Source: Nitrospinales bacterium (GTDB taxonomy: Bacteria; Nitrospinota_A; UBA7883; JACRGQ01). Taken from it: a stretch of DNA of 64,000 bases. The notes below the pieces were generated by a model that was not told the origin of the DNA, searched no databases, and saw only the letters and a list, made by a program, of their open reading frames with translations. The stretch's first letter is position 1. Each line of letters starts with the position of its first letter. Both the position numbers and the translations under genes were made by a program. Location of the stretch: assembly GCA_023248495.1 (NCBI GenBank), contig JAHFEK010000005.1:6560-70559 (forward strand). The letters are read 5' to 3'. Shown one piece after another: positions 8,647 to 20,109 of the stretch.

Positions 8647-9544
8647 AGACCTTTATGCCGCCAGCGCGGGTGACGGTGAACGAGCGCACCGTGGCGAAGC
8701 GGGCCGAGTAGTCCTCGCCATCTACCTGCAACGGAACCGCATCGATAAAGGCAAGGGTGAGCGGCGGTTCATGTGTCGCCGCCAAAGGGGCGAGGGCGGG
8801 AATGAAGCGGCTGGCCGCCATTCGCAGGAATGCCCCGTTGCCGGGCAGCTTCATCAGCTCTATTGCGCCATCATCCGGCTTTCCCCCGGCGCCAAAGCGC
8901 GAGCCCCCTCCATACCACGCGAGGTTGCCGATAATCACCGAAAGCGGCGTACCGTCCGCCATCGGCGCGCGTTTGGCGTGGAATAATAAAGCCCACAGGC
9001 CGACCAGGCCGAACAGCATTTTCTTTGCGAAGGCAAAACCGAAAAATCCGGTTTGTTCCAAATATTTGAGGGCCGATTGATAGAGCGAGAGCACCCAGCC
9101 GTCAAAGCCGAAGCTGACGTAATTGGTAAACAACAGCTCGCCATTGAGCGCCCACACATCCACCATCCCGAATGATGGCGCGACGGCGATTTTTTGCAAG
9201 TGGGTAATCACGCTTTTCTGGCGCGGCCCCAATTGCCGCGCAAAATCGTTGCCGGTGCCAAGCGGGAAAACCGCCAGCGCCGTCTCCGGCGCGTGGCGCA
9301 CAATCAGGTCGGCCATCTGATGCACCGTGCCGTCGCCCCCGCAGACCAGCGCGATATCGCACCCCTTGAGCGCCTCTATAACGGCGGGGATGGCGGCGGG
9401 GGAAGCGGGTGTGGCGCATATCGCCGTTACGCGGTTTTTCAGCAACGGATCGCGCGCGCGCGCGTCCGTCAGCATCCGCTGTATACGCGACCCTTTGCCG
9501 TGGCCCGATTTGGGATTGATAAAAATGCCTATCCGATTTTCCAC
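8639..9544 (-). CDS. soluble diacylglycerol/lipid kinase, DAGK_cat family (DgkB/YegS-like)
   Basis: IFINPKSGHGKG...CGGDGT...GTGNDFAR motifs. 8-nt overlap with the downstream LtaS-like gene. Confidence 0.75.
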   Translation of the reverse strand: MENRIGIFINPKSGHGKGSRIQRMLTDARARDPLLKNRVTAICATPASPAAIPAVIEALKGCDIALVCGGDGTVHQMADLIVRHAPETALAVFPLGTGNDFARQLGPRQKSVITHLQKIAVAPSFGMVDVWALNGELLFTNYVSFGFDGWVLSLYQSALKYLEQTGFFGFAFAKKMLFGLVGLWALLFHAKRAPMADGTPLSVIIGNLAWYGGGSRFGAGGKPDDGAIELMKLPGNGAFLRMAASRFIPALAPLAATHEPPLTLAFIDAVPLQVDGEDYSARFATVRSFTVTRAGGIKVCA

Positions 9545-9630
9545 GCTTTAAACTTTAACGCGAATTTGAAAGTTTCGGCAGCAATTTGTTACCTGCGGTG
9601 CCGGGGGGAAAATGATGGATTTGGGCCCGG

Positions 9631-10329
9631 ATGGCGTGTAGAGTACCGGGGAATATGATGCCGAATCCCAGCGATATTTACACCAAACCGCGCCTTGAGA
9701 TGGTGGAACAACAGTTGGTGCGCCGCGGCATCCGCGATGAACGGGTGCTTGCCGCGATGCGGCGGATACCGCGCCATGCCTTCGTTGACGAAGCGCTCTG
9801 TTTTAAGGCGTACGAAGATTACCCCCTGCCCATAGGCGAGAAGCAAACGATCAGCCAGCCGTTCATGGTCGCGGTTATGACCGAAATGCTGGAACTCAAA
9901 GGGAACGAAAAAATATTGGAGATCGGTACCGGGTGCGGCTATCAGACCGCCGTTTTGAGTTTGGTGGCGGCGCAGGTATACTCGATTGAACGGATTGGGC
10001 CGCTGCTGTTCAAAGCGCGGAAAACGCTTGAAGCACTCGGTATCCACAACGTTGCACTCACCGTCGGCGACGGCACCTTGGGGTGGAAGGACTTTGCCCC
10101 GTACGATGCAATTTTGGTCGCGGCGGGGGGGCCGGAGGTTCCGAAACCGTTGTTGGAACAGCTTGCTATCGGGGGACGGATAATCATCCCCATCGGCGGC
10201 GAAACGGGGCAGGTGCTTAAAAGGGTTATGCGGACGCCGTACGGTTTCGAGGAAACGGCCAGCACCCCCTGCACCTTCGTGAAACTGGTTGGACAATACG
10301 GCTGGCAGGAAAATGGGAACATAGGATGA
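9631..10329 (+). CDS. pcm: protein-L-isoaspartate O-methyltransferase
   Basis: TISQPFMVAVMTE...ILEIGTGCGYQTAVL motifs. 232 aa. Confidence 0.92.
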   Translation: MACRVPGNMMPNPSDIYTKPRLEMVEQQLVRRGIRDERVLAAMRRIPRHAFVDEALCFKAYEDYPLPIGEKQTISQPFMVAVMTEMLELKGNEKILEIGTGCGYQTAVLSLVAAQVYSIERIGPLLFKARKTLEALGIHNVALTVGDGTLGWKDFAPYDAILVAAGGPEVPKPLLEQLAIGGRIIIPIGGETGQVLKRVMRTPYGFEETASTPCTFVKLVGQYGWQENGNIG

Positions 10330-11369
10330 GCAACGAAAAAATAACCTACAAGGATGCCGGGGTCGACATAGACGCGGGCACGGAATCGCTGCGGCTTATC
10401 AAACGGCATGTTGAATCGACGGTGAATAAAAATGTCCTCTGGGGGCTGGGCGCTTTCGGCGGAATGTTCGATCTCACCGACATTGTGAAAGAGTACAAAA
10501 GGCCGGTGCTGGTGCAAAGCATCGATGGCGTCGGCACCAAGCTGATGGTGGCAAGCATGGCGGCGGACCATAGCACCATCGGCATGGACATCGTGAACCA
10601 CGGCTGCAACGACGTGCTCTGCCAGGGGGCAAAGCCGCTGACGTTTCTCGACTACGTGGCGATGAACCGGTTGCTTCCCGCGCAGATGGAAGAGATATTG
10701 CGCGGCATGGCCGCCGCCTGCCGCGATGCGGGGGTGGTGATTTTAGGAGGCGAAACCGCCGAACTCCCCGGCATGTATCAGGCGAAAGAATACGACGTGG
10801 CCGGTATCGTCACCGGCGTGGTGGAGCGCGACGAGATAGTGAACGGCTCCACGCTGGCCGCCGGGCAGGTGCTGATCGGCCTCGCCAGCAACGGGTTACA
10901 CACCAACGGCTACACGCTGGCGCGAAAGGTCTTTTTCGACATGGCAAAACTGGGCATACACGACACGCCAAAAGGGTTTGACCGGAGCGTTAAAGAGCTG
11001 CTCCTCGCGCCACACGTGAACTACGCCAACGCTGTTTTGGCCTTTTTGAAAAAAACAAAAGTTCACGCCATCGCGCACATCACCGGCGGCGGTTTTATAG
11101 ACAACATCATCCGCGTGGTGCCGGAAGGCAATCGGCTGACCGTGAAACGCGGCACTTGGCCGGTGTTGCCGGTATTCGATTTCATTCAAAAAACCGCGGG
11201 CGTGGCGCAGGAAGAAATGGAGCGCGCCTTCAACATGGGTATCGGCCTGGTGCTGGCGGTGGACAAAGCCGACGAAAAGACGGCGCTGGATTTCTTCAAT
11301 GCCAACGGTCACGCGGCATATTGTATCGGCCATGTTTCCAACGGCCCGCGCGGCGTAAGCGTTCAGTAA
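10326..11369 (+). CDS. purM: phosphoribosylformylglycinamidine cyclo-ligase (AIR synthase)
   Basis: AIR-synthase N/C domains (DGVGTKL, DYVAMNRL, ITGGG). 4-nt overlap with pcm. Confidence 0.92.
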   Translation: MSNEKITYKDAGVDIDAGTESLRLIKRHVESTVNKNVLWGLGAFGGMFDLTDIVKEYKRPVLVQSIDGVGTKLMVASMAADHSTIGMDIVNHGCNDVLCQGAKPLTFLDYVAMNRLLPAQMEEILRGMAAACRDAGVVILGGETAELPGMYQAKEYDVAGIVTGVVERDEIVNGSTLAAGQVLIGLASNGLHTNGYTLARKVFFDMAKLGIHDTPKGFDRSVKELLLAPHVNYANAVLAFLKKTKVHAIAHITGGGFIDNIIRVVPEGNRLTVKRGTWPVLPVFDFIQKTAGVAQEEMERAFNMGIGLVLAVDKADEKTALDFFNANGHAAYCIGHVSNGPRGVSVQ

Positions 11370-11390
11370 GGCGCCGCTATCGGCAAAAAA

Positions 11391-11479
11391 TGGTGCCGGG
11401 AGCCGGAATCGAACCGGCACAGGCGTTTCCACCCGAGGGATTTTAAGTCCCTTGCGTCTACCAATTTCGCCATCCCGGC
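11391..11479 (-). tRNA. tRNA-Leu (anticodon TAA), 89 nt, long variable arm
   Basis: Reverse complement GCCGGGATGGCGAAATTGGTAGACGCA-AGGGA-CTTAAAA-TCCCT-long arm-GCCGGTTCGATTCCGGC-TCCCGGCACCA. Confidence 0.85.
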
Positions 11480-11524
11480 AATGGAGAACATCCAGAATTG
11501 TACACGGCGGGGAAGCTTTAGGTA

Positions 11525-11552
11525 AATAAAAAGGGGGCGCCATTTTTGGCGC
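11525..11552 (-). terminator. putative rho-independent terminator after the hemerythrin gene
   Basis: GCGCC-AUUUUU-GGCGC hairpin followed on the minus strand by CCCCUUUUUAUUU. Short stem, so only moderate support. Confidence 0.4.
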
Positions 11553-11592
11553 TTGCGGGCCAACAAGCAAGTTGAAACCTGTTGTACCCCGG

Positions 11593-12003
11593 CTATTTTG
11601 CCAAAATATGTTTTGCGATTTTCGAGTCCTGCAACTTAATGTGATTCAACAGCCAGTCCTTCAGGAACCACATAAGGCCCGCCTCGACCCCCGGCTCGCC
11701 ATCACGAAAGCGCTTCTGGAAATCGAGAGCTTCCGCCAACAAATCCTGGTGCAGCTTCCGGTGTGCTTCCAGTCCCGGATAGCCATGCCGTTCCTGTATG
11801 ATCTCCTCCTGGGCGAAGTGGGTACCGGTATATTCAAGAACCCCCCGCAATACTTTTTCGGTTTCCGCCGCGGTGCCAACTTCCATGGCGATATATAAAT
11901 CGTTAATCAGCGCCACCAGCCGCATATGCTGCTGGTCAACTTCCGGAATGCCTATTTCATAATCGTCTTTCCAGGTTATATAGGCCGTATCATCTATCGC
12001 CAT
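11593..12003 (-). CDS. hemerythrin-like O2/metal-binding protein (bacteriohemerythrin)
   Basis: WKDDYEIGIPEVDQQHMRL...H..E.H...H..L are hemerythrin His/Glu/Asp ligand blocks. The ATG directly abuts the upstream MCP stop (TAA|ATG). Confidence 0.85.
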   Translation of the reverse strand: MAIDDTAYITWKDDYEIGIPEVDQQHMRLVALINDLYIAMEVGTAAETEKVLRGVLEYTGTHFAQEEIIQERHGYPGLEAHRKLHQDLLAEALDFQKRFRDGEPGVEAGLMWFLKDWLLNHIKLQDSKIAKHILAK

Positions 12004-13839
12004 TTAACGCCCCTCGTTTTTAAGGTCTTCACCTGTGATGAGATGGGTGAGATCATTCACATGGTCATACAGGGTTTCCGCCTGCGCGTTAAGCTCTTCC
12101 GCGGCGGCAGCCGACTCCTCGGCGGTAGCGGCGTTTTGCTGCGTTACCCGGTCCATCTGGGAAACCGCCTGATTGACCTGTTGCACGCCATTCGCCTGCT
12201 CGGTACTTGCCGCGGCGATTTGGGTAACCCCGCTCCCCACTTTTTTCGTCGATGTGGATATTTTTTCGAAATTATCGGCGAGTTTTTTTACGATCCCTTC
12301 GCCATTGCCTGCCTGCCGCACGGCATTTTCGATAAGGGCGGCGGTATCCTTGGCGGCCGTGGCGGAACGCTGCGCCAGATTGCGCACCTCCTCGGCAACC
12401 ACGGCAAAGCCTTTGCCGTGTTCGCCGGCGCGGGCCGCTTCCACGGCGGCGTTGAGCGCCAGCAGATTGGTCTGGAACGCAATTTCCTCGATGACCTTGA
12501 TGATCTTGGATATTTCGCCCGATGACTGTTTGATGGATGCCATGGATGATTCCATCTCCTTCATGGCGGTCGCCCCTTCGCTGACGGTTTGTTCGGAATC
12601 CTTCATGGCGCTTGCCGCCTCCGACGCGCTCTTACTGTTGGAGGCGCTTGTTTCGGCGATATGCTGCAAGGAAGCGGCGGTCTCTTCCAGCGATGACGCC
12701 TGCTGGGTAGCGCCGCTGGCAAGCGCCTGGCTGGCGTTGGATATCTCGGCGGACGCGCTGGCAATCTGCCCCGATCCCTCAATCAGGCCATGAATGACCA
12801 CATTGATGGGCCCGATAACCCTGCGCCGCACAAAGAACAGCACGAACAGGAATACCGCCACCGCGAATATAAGGAGGCCGATGTTCAGGAGCATGGTGTT
12901 GCGGGCTTTTGTGCCAATCTCAATGGCCGCCTCGGCCGCCAATTCGCCGATGGTGTTGGAAATCGCAAGACCGGAGTCAATCGCCTTGGTGGCGCGCGTT
13001 ATCCATTCCGGACCGGTCACCGGATACGGCTTGGCCTCGGCGTTGGCGGCGTACACCTGATCGCGCAGTTGCTGGTAGGAGCCTAAAAATTCCTTTTCAA
13101 AAACGTCGATCGAGGCCGCAAGCTTGGGCGGCGTGGAGGAAAGCGTTTTAAGCGCGATTACTTGCGCCGCCGAGTTATCCACGATGGAACGCCACGCCTT
13201 CAGCGTTTCCATCTGCGCGGGAGGTATCTGCTCGCCGGCGGCGATGCGGGAGCCAAGGGCCGCCCGCTCGCGGCCCGCATATTCGCACAACGTGGCGGCG
13301 GTGGCCCGCACCACGGAGTTGTAATACAGCACCTGCTCGCGCTGATCGCGCGGCGCGAAAACGGTGTTGCGCAGCGCAAATTCGGCATCTATGTTTTTAG
13401 TGGCGGCCTTCACCCAGTCGGGTACCGCCATCCCCTTTGATTTTACGCGCTGGCGGGAATCCCGCACTTCCTTCATGGTTGTCTGCCAGGCGGAAAGCTT
13501 TGCCGACAAATCGGCATCCTTACCCAAACTTAAAAGGGCTTCGATCTCCCTATTGGCCTCCTCGGCATCGGCGTCCCCCTTGCTCCCCAAATCGGCGTAC
13601 TTGGCCAACAACGCGTCGGCGGGTTTATCGCTTCCCAGAATGGTCGCGCCCACGCCGCGCTCTATCGCCTGCCAGCCGGCGGCGGCGTTCAAGTGACCCG
13701 CGGCATCCTGCATTTTGTCATAGCGTTCCGCCATAGCGTGCTCACCGCGCGCTTGATCTATGAGGAATAGGGCAAGAATGAGCGAAACGAAAAGCATGAG
13801 CGCGAGCATCGCGGTCATCTTGGCCTGAAGGCTTTTCAT
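12004..13839 (-). CDS. methyl-accepting chemotaxis protein with periplasmic NIT-like (nitrate/nitrite-sensing type) domain
   Basis: TM1, then an all-alpha sensor with two ERG-type repeats ([32 protein letters not shown]), TM2, HAMP and the MCP signalling domain ([34 protein letters not shown]). Confidence 0.8.
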   Translation of the reverse strand: MKSLQAKMTAMLALMLFVSLILALFLIDQARGEHAMAERYDKMQDAAGHLNAAAGWQAIERGVGATILGSDKPADALLAKYADLGSKGDADAEEANREIEALLSLGKDADLSAKLSAWQTTMKEVRDSRQRVKSKGMAVPDWVKAATKNIDAEFALRNTVFAPRDQREQVLYYNSVVRATAATLCEYAGRERAALGSRIAAGEQIPPAQMETLKAWRSIVDNSAAQVIALKTLSSTPPKLAASIDVFEKEFLGSYQQLRDQVYAANAEAKPYPVTGPEWITRATKAIDSGLAISNTIGELAAEAAIEIGTKARNTMLLNIGLLIFAVAVFLFVLFFVRRRVIGPINVVIHGLIEGSGQIASASAEISNASQALASGATQQASSLEETAASLQHIAETSASNSKSASEAASAMKDSEQTVSEGATAMKEMESSMASIKQSSGEISKIIKVIEEIAFQTNLLALNAAVEAARAGEHGKGFAVVAEEVRNLAQRSATAAKDTAALIENAVRQAGNGEGIVKKLADNFEKISTSTKKVGSGVTQIAAASTEQANGVQQVNQAVSQMDRVTQQNAATAEESAAAAEELNAQAETLYDHVNDLTHLITGEDLKNEGR

Positions 13840-14034
13840 AAACCCGGTCTCCTAAGTCAAAGGGTATAGCTATCGACTGTAACCTGGCGTGTTGTTGTGG
13901 CTGACCGCCGCAAATGAAGTTTTCGGCCTGTCCCCACCCCTACTCTCACCCGCTAGCATAATAACGCTTTTTTGATATGGATGCCAATACCCGGGGAAGG
14001 CCAAATTTAATATACGGGGATGGATAAGGTATAA

Positions 14035-14466
14035 TTGGCCGATATGGATATAAAATGTGAACCATTGGCTTCCAATGGCGGCTTTTCGCTGGTCGAGCTG
14101 TTAATCGTGATGGTGATTCTTGGCCTTTTGGCCGGGCTGGTGGGTCCCCGTCTGTTCAAACACGCCGACACCGCCAAGCAGAAAGACGCCGCGGTGCAGA
14201 TTGGCATGTTTGAGGAGGCGCTTGATCTCTACCGTTTGGAACACCATAAATATCCCACAACCGAAGAGGGGCTGGCCGCCATAAAACCGTACCTGAAAAA
14301 AGATCTGCCCGCCGATCCGTGGGGAAATCCCTTTCATTATAAATCCCCCGGGGATAATGGCCGCGAGTATGACATTGTGAGCAACGGCGCCGACAACGCG
14401 CCGGGCGGCGAAGGGATCAACGAGGATATCGTCAGCTGGAAATCGCTGGGCAAATCCGGCGAATAA
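14035..14466 (+). CDS. gspG: type II secretion major pseudopilin GspG-like (orphan)
   Basis: Prepilin leader then G|FSLVELLIVMVILGLLAG. GspG core (KDAAVQIGMFEEALDLYRLEHHKYPTTEEGLAAI...DPWGNPFHY). The true start may be the ATG at 14044. Confidence 0.8.
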   Translation: MADMDIKCEPLASNGGFSLVELLIVMVILGLLAGLVGPRLFKHADTAKQKDAAVQIGMFEEALDLYRLEHHKYPTTEEGLAAIKPYLKKDLPADPWGNPFHYKSPGDNGREYDIVSNGADNAPGGEGINEDIVSWKSLGKSGE

Positions 14467-14618
14467 CCGCCCCCATGTCATCCCCGCTAAGACGGGATAC
14501 AGACATATTATCGAAGCTTCCCCCATCGGCTCGTTGGGCCGACCTGTTGGCGCTTCGCGCCAATGAACAGACTAAAGTCCGTACCTACCTAAAGAAACTC
14601 TTTTCCCGTCAGGCGGAC

Positions 14619-16148
14619 CTACAATCCCCGTTCAAGCGCGCGGTACTGGATGGCCTCGGCCACATGCTCGGTGCGGATGTCGTCGCAACCGGCAAGGTCG
14701 GCGATGGTGCGCGCCACCTTCAAAATCCGCGAGTGGGCGCGGGCCGATAGCCCCAGCCGCTCCATTGCCATCTTAAGCAGGTTTTCCGCTTCCGTTCCCA
14801 CTTTGCAATGCGTTTTAATCTGCTTGGATCCCATCTGCGCGTTGCGGTAGATGCGGCTCTTGGCGAAGCGCTTTTTCTGGCGGCTCTGCGCCATATCGAC
14901 CCGCGCGCGGATGACCGCGGAGGATTCGCCGTCAACGGCATCCCCCTTCAACTCCTGATATTTCACCGCCGGCACGTCCACCTGAATGTCGATGCGGTCC
15001 AGCAGCGGCCCGGATATTTTTTGGCGGTAGCGGCGCATCTCCATCGCGGTGCAGCGGCACTCTTTCACCGGATCGGTGGAGAAGCCGCAGGGGCATGGGT
15101 TCATGGCGCAGACCATCATAAAGTCCGCCGGAAACGCGACCGACGAAGACGCGCGTGAAATCACCACCCGCCCGTCTTCCAAGGGCTGGCGCAACACCTC
15201 CAACGCGCTGCGGCGGAATTCCGGCAGCTCATCGAGAAATAGCACGCCGTGATGCGCCAACGATACCTCGCCGGGCATTACCGGGTTGTTGCCGCCGCCG
15301 ACAAGGCCGGCATCCGACACGGTGTGGTGCGGCGCGCGGAACGGGCGGCGCGAGAGCACCGAAACATTTCGCCCCAACAAACCCGCCACGCTATGAATGC
15401 GTGAGCAGTCGATGGCCTCTTCCAGCGACCAGCCGGGCATCACGGTGGAAAGCCGCCGGGCGATCATCGATTTACCGGAACCGGGGGGGCCGATCATCAG
15501 CATGTTGTGGCCCCCCGCCGCGGCCACTTCCACGGCGCGGCGCACATGATGCTGCCCCTTCACCTCGGAAAAATCCACTTCATCTTCCAAAATGACTTCC
15601 GGCCCGAAAAGCATTGGCGTGGCCTTTTCGATAACGGTCTCGCCGAGCAGCCACCCCACCGCCTGCGCCAGCGTTTCCACCGGGTAGACATTCACCCCGT
15701 CCACCACCGCCGCCTCACCGGCATTTTTAGCGGGACAAAGCAATCCGGCCGCATGGCGGGCTTTCACCGTGACCGCGACGGAAAGCATCCCGCGCACCGG
15801 CTTCACCCGCCCGTCAAGGGCCAACTCGCCGATGATAAAAAGGTTTTCCAGCCGCTCGGCGGGAATGATCCCTTGCGCGGCAAGAATAGCCAGCGCTATC
15901 GGCAGGTCAAACGCGCTTCCTTCTTTGCGGACGTCGGCGGGAGCGAGATTCACGGTGATTCTTTTCACCGGCATATCGAAACCGGAGTTTTTGAGCGCGG
16001 CGAGAATGCGGTTTTGGCTCTCCTTCACCGCCGCGTCCGGCAATCCCACGGTGACGTAGAAAAACATGCCGGGAGTCAGATCGACTTCAACTTCCACGGG
16101 AAACGCCTCGATGCCGAGGTGCGCGGCGCTGAACAGCTTTGCGATCAT
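14619..16148 (-). CDS. comM: YifB/ComM family Mg-chelatase-like AAA+ ATPase
   Basis: N-terminal MIAKLFSAAHLGIEAFPVEVEVDL, Walker A GPPGSGKS, C-terminal ChlI-type domain. 509 aa. Confidence 0.88.
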   Translation of the reverse strand: MIAKLFSAAHLGIEAFPVEVEVDLTPGMFFYVTVGLPDAAVKESQNRILAALKNSGFDMPVKRITVNLAPADVRKEGSAFDLPIALAILAAQGIIPAERLENLFIIGELALDGRVKPVRGMLSVAVTVKARHAAGLLCPAKNAGEAAVVDGVNVYPVETLAQAVGWLLGETVIEKATPMLFGPEVILEDEVDFSEVKGQHHVRRAVEVAAAGGHNMLMIGPPGSGKSMIARRLSTVMPGWSLEEAIDCSRIHSVAGLLGRNVSVLSRRPFRAPHHTVSDAGLVGGGNNPVMPGEVSLAHHGVLFLDELPEFRRSALEVLRQPLEDGRVVISRASSSVAFPADFMMVCAMNPCPCGFSTDPVKECRCTAMEMRRYRQKISGPLLDRIDIQVDVPAVKYQELKGDAVDGESSAVIRARVDMAQSRQKKRFAKSRIYRNAQMGSKQIKTHCKVGTEAENLLKMAMERLGLSARAHSRILKVARTIADLAGCDDIRTEHVAEAIQYRALERGL

Positions 16149-16242
16149 TACCGGGAATTAGACAGCACGGGGAGCTGCGGGTCAATGCTTATCCGGGAGT
16201 GGGGCGTCCCTCCCCGCATGTGATACCATAGGGCAAATATGT

Positions 16243-17706
16243 GTGGGAAGGGCGCAAATGAAGTGGTTTGAGGAAAAAGGCCTGGGATTCAAGATCCTCG
16301 CCTCGCTTACTTTCATTTTGCTTGTTACATCCGTCGCCAATACCTTCTGGACCCACCGCCAGCTCAAGCATACCGTCCTCAAAGGGGCGGAACAGCGCGC
16401 GCTGAACCTAAGCGAATCCGTCCTCCTCACGCTCAACAACATGATGGCGCAGGGAACGATCGGCGAACGGCGGAAATACCTTGATTCCTTCGCCACGTTC
16501 AAAGGCGTGCGCGAAGTGCGGGTGATCCGCGGCGCCGGGGTGGATGAGCAATACGGCGAGGGACCGGCCGAAGAGAAGCCGCGTGACGAGGTGGATAAAC
16601 GGGTGCTCGCCACCGGCAAAATGGAATCGCTGTTTGTGACGGAAGGCGGCGCGAGCGGACTGCGGGTGGTGATACCGTTCCTCATGTCGAAAGAATGGAG
16701 CGAAAAGACCGGCATCAACTGTTTCGACTGCCATCAGGGTAGCGAAGGCACCGCCAACGGAGCATTGAGCCTGATCATTCCCATGGAGGACGCGGAAGCG
16801 GAAATCATCAGGAACGACGGAGTGATGGCCGGATTTTACGCGGTTGAATTCGCCGTCATATTCCTGTTCTTCCTCTGGATGATACGCTACCGCGTCAACG
16901 CCGTATTGATGCGCATATCAGGTAAATTGCGGGATACCACCGATACGGTAACCGGCGCTTCGCACCTGATGGCGGACGCCAGCAGCGGCCTTTCCAAAGG
17001 GGCGGCACGGCAGGCCAATTCCCTCGAGCAGACCGCCGCCTCGCTGGAAGAAATATCATCCATGGTGCGCCATACGGCGGAAAATGCGAAAGAGGCCAAT
17101 ACGGTCATGCACGGCGCCACTGAAGTGGTCGACGAGGGAAGCGCCTCCATGAAACGCCTTGTTGAAGCAATGCGTCATATCGAAGGGGCCTCCACGGAGA
17201 TAGCCAAAATCATGCAGGTGATCGAGGAGATCGCCATGCAAACGAACCTCATATCGCTCAACGCTTCGATCGAAGCGGCCCGCGCAGGCGAGCATGGCAA
17301 AGGATTCGGCGTAGTGGCCGAAGAGGTACGCGGCCTCGCGAGGCGCAGCGGCACGGCCGCGAAAGAAACCACCCGATTGATCCAGAACGCCGTCGTACGC
17401 GCCCGCGAAGGGGCCGAAATCACCGCCACCACCGTACAAACCTTTGAAAAAATAGCCGCGCTTACAGCCCGCGCCGCCCAATTGGTGGAACAGATAAGCA
17501 ACGCCGCCAGCGAACAGGCGGTCGGCATCGACCAGATCAACAAGGCGGTGACCGAGATGGATGCGGTGACGCAACAAAGCGCCAAAAAAGCGGAAGAAAC
17601 GGCCAATCTTGGTTTATCGCTCGACGGTCAAACAAGGGAACTGGCGGCAATCATTCACGAACTGAACGTCATCGTAAAAGGCGTTCACGCCGAAAGCGGG
17701 GAATGA
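16243..17706 (+). CDS. methyl-accepting chemotaxis protein with periplasmic c-type heme (CxxCH) sensor domain
   Basis: TM1, ~150-aa periplasmic domain ending in CFDCH (nt 16721-16735), TM2, then the MCP signalling domain ([34 protein letters not shown]). Confidence 0.8.
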   Translation: MGRAQMKWFEEKGLGFKILASLTFILLVTSVANTFWTHRQLKHTVLKGAEQRALNLSESVLLTLNNMMAQGTIGERRKYLDSFATFKGVREVRVIRGAGVDEQYGEGPAEEKPRDEVDKRVLATGKMESLFVTEGGASGLRVVIPFLMSKEWSEKTGINCFDCHQGSEGTANGALSLIIPMEDAEAEIIRNDGVMAGFYAVEFAVIFLFFLWMIRYRVNAVLMRISGKLRDTTDTVTGASHLMADASSGLSKGAARQANSLEQTAASLEEISSMVRHTAENAKEANTVMHGATEVVDEGSASMKRLVEAMRHIEGASTEIAKIMQVIEEIAMQTNLISLNASIEAARAGEHGKGFGVVAEEVRGLARRSGTAAKETTRLIQNAVVRAREGAEITATTVQTFEKIAALTARAAQLVEQISNAASEQAVGIDQINKAVTEMDAVTQQSAKKAEETANLGLSLDGQTRELAAIIHELNVIVKGVHAESGE

Positions 17707-17749
17707 CCGCCCCCCGGGGGTTGCCCGGGGAGCCGTGAATCGAAGAACG

Positions 17750-18943
17750 TTATTCGGCGGGAGAGAGGGCGGCAAGGCCGGGCAGGGTTTTCCCTTCCAG
17801 CAACTCGAGGAAAGCGCCGCCGCCGGTGCTGATAAAGCTGAATTTGTCGCTCTGGCCCGCCTTGTGGATCGCCACGTCCGTATCTCCGCCGCCGGCAATG
17901 GTCATCGCATAACAATCCGCCACGGCATGCACCATCGCCATCGTGCCACGCGAGAAAATGTCCATCTCAAACACCCCCATCGGCCCGTTCCAAATGATGG
18001 TCTTGGCGTCGTGCAACACCTCCTTGAACAGCATCACGCTGGCAGGGCCGATGTCCGGCGCATACCAATCGTCCGGTATCTCCTTGGCGGGAACGATCTT
18101 GGTGTTGGCCCTGGGATCAATGCGGTCGGCCACCACAAAATCGACAGGGAGGTAGAACTTCACCCCTTTTTCCCGCGCCTTCGCCTTTATCTTCACCACG
18201 GCGTCAATCATGTTTTCTTCCACCTTGCACTTGCCCACGTTGTAACCCAGCGCCTTGTAGAAGGTGAATGCCAGCCCGCCGCCGACGATGATCTTGTCGA
18301 CGTGGTCGATCAGGTTGATAAAGACCTTGATTTTGGTGCTGGCCTTCGCGCCGCCAACGATGGCGACCACCGGGCGGGCCGGGTCGGCCACCGAACGGTT
18401 GAAGTATTCGATCTCCTTTTTCATCAGGTAGCCCGCCGCCGATTTGGCCACCAGCTTGGTGATCCCCTCGGTGCTGGCGTGGGCGCGGTGGGCGGTGCCG
18501 AACGCATCGTTGATGTAGAGGTCGGCCAACGCCGCCAGCTTTTTGCAAAAACCGGGTTCGTTTTCCTCCTCTTCCTTGTGGAAGCGGAGATTTTCCAGCA
18601 GCAGCACATCGCCATTTTTCATGGCGGCCACCATCGCTTCCACTTCAGGCCCCACGCAGTCCGGGGCAAACAGCACATCGCGGTTCAAAAGGCGCGCCAG
18701 CCGCGCCTGCACCGGCTTGAGGCTGTATTTCGGGTTGCGCTCGCCGTCCGGCCGCCCCAGATGCGAGGCGAGGATCACCTTCGCCCCCCGGTCGATCAAA
18801 TCGTTGATGGTTTGAAGCGTTCCGCGAATGCGGGTGTCGTCGGTGATTTTCTGAAAGTCGTCCAGCGGCACGTTGAAATCGACCCGGACAAAGCAGCGCT
18901 TGCCGCCAACGTCCAGCTTGTCCATCGTCAATTTGTTCAACAT
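17750..18943 (-). CDS. pgk: phosphoglycerate kinase
   Basis: FVRVDFNVPLD, ILASHLGRPDG, GGGAS... motifs. I place the start at the internal Met MLNKLTMDKL because the longer ORF would overlap the gap gene. Confidence 0.92.
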   Translation of the reverse strand: MLNKLTMDKLDVGGKRCFVRVDFNVPLDDFQKITDDTRIRGTLQTINDLIDRGAKVILASHLGRPDGERNPKYSLKPVQARLARLLNRDVLFAPDCVGPEVEAMVAAMKNGDVLLLENLRFHKEEEENEPGFCKKLAALADLYINDAFGTAHRAHASTEGITKLVAKSAAGYLMKKEIEYFNRSVADPARPVVAIVGGAKASTKIKVFINLIDHVDKIIVGGGLAFTFYKALGYNVGKCKVEENMIDAVVKIKAKAREKGVKFYLPVDFVVADRIDPRANTKIVPAKEIPDDWYAPDIGPASVMLFKEVLHDAKTIIWNGPMGVFEMDIFSRGTMAMVHAVADCYAMTIAGGGDTDVAIHKAGQSDKFSFISTGGGAFLELLEGKTLPGLAALSPAE

Positions 18944-18947
18944 CGGA

Positions 18948-20051
<1,104 letters not shown>

Positions 20052-20109
20052 TCACAGTGGTCCGGCACGGTTAAAGAAATAAGAATTCGCCGGGCGAACT
20101 CGAAGTAAG

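Noticed and set aside
14003-14031. TTAATA-N17-TATAAT sigma-70-like promoter before gspG
   Set aside because: The -10 hexamer ends only ~4-13 nt before the candidate start codons, leaving no room for a 5' UTR/RBS. It is probably coincidental in this AT-richer intergenic patch.
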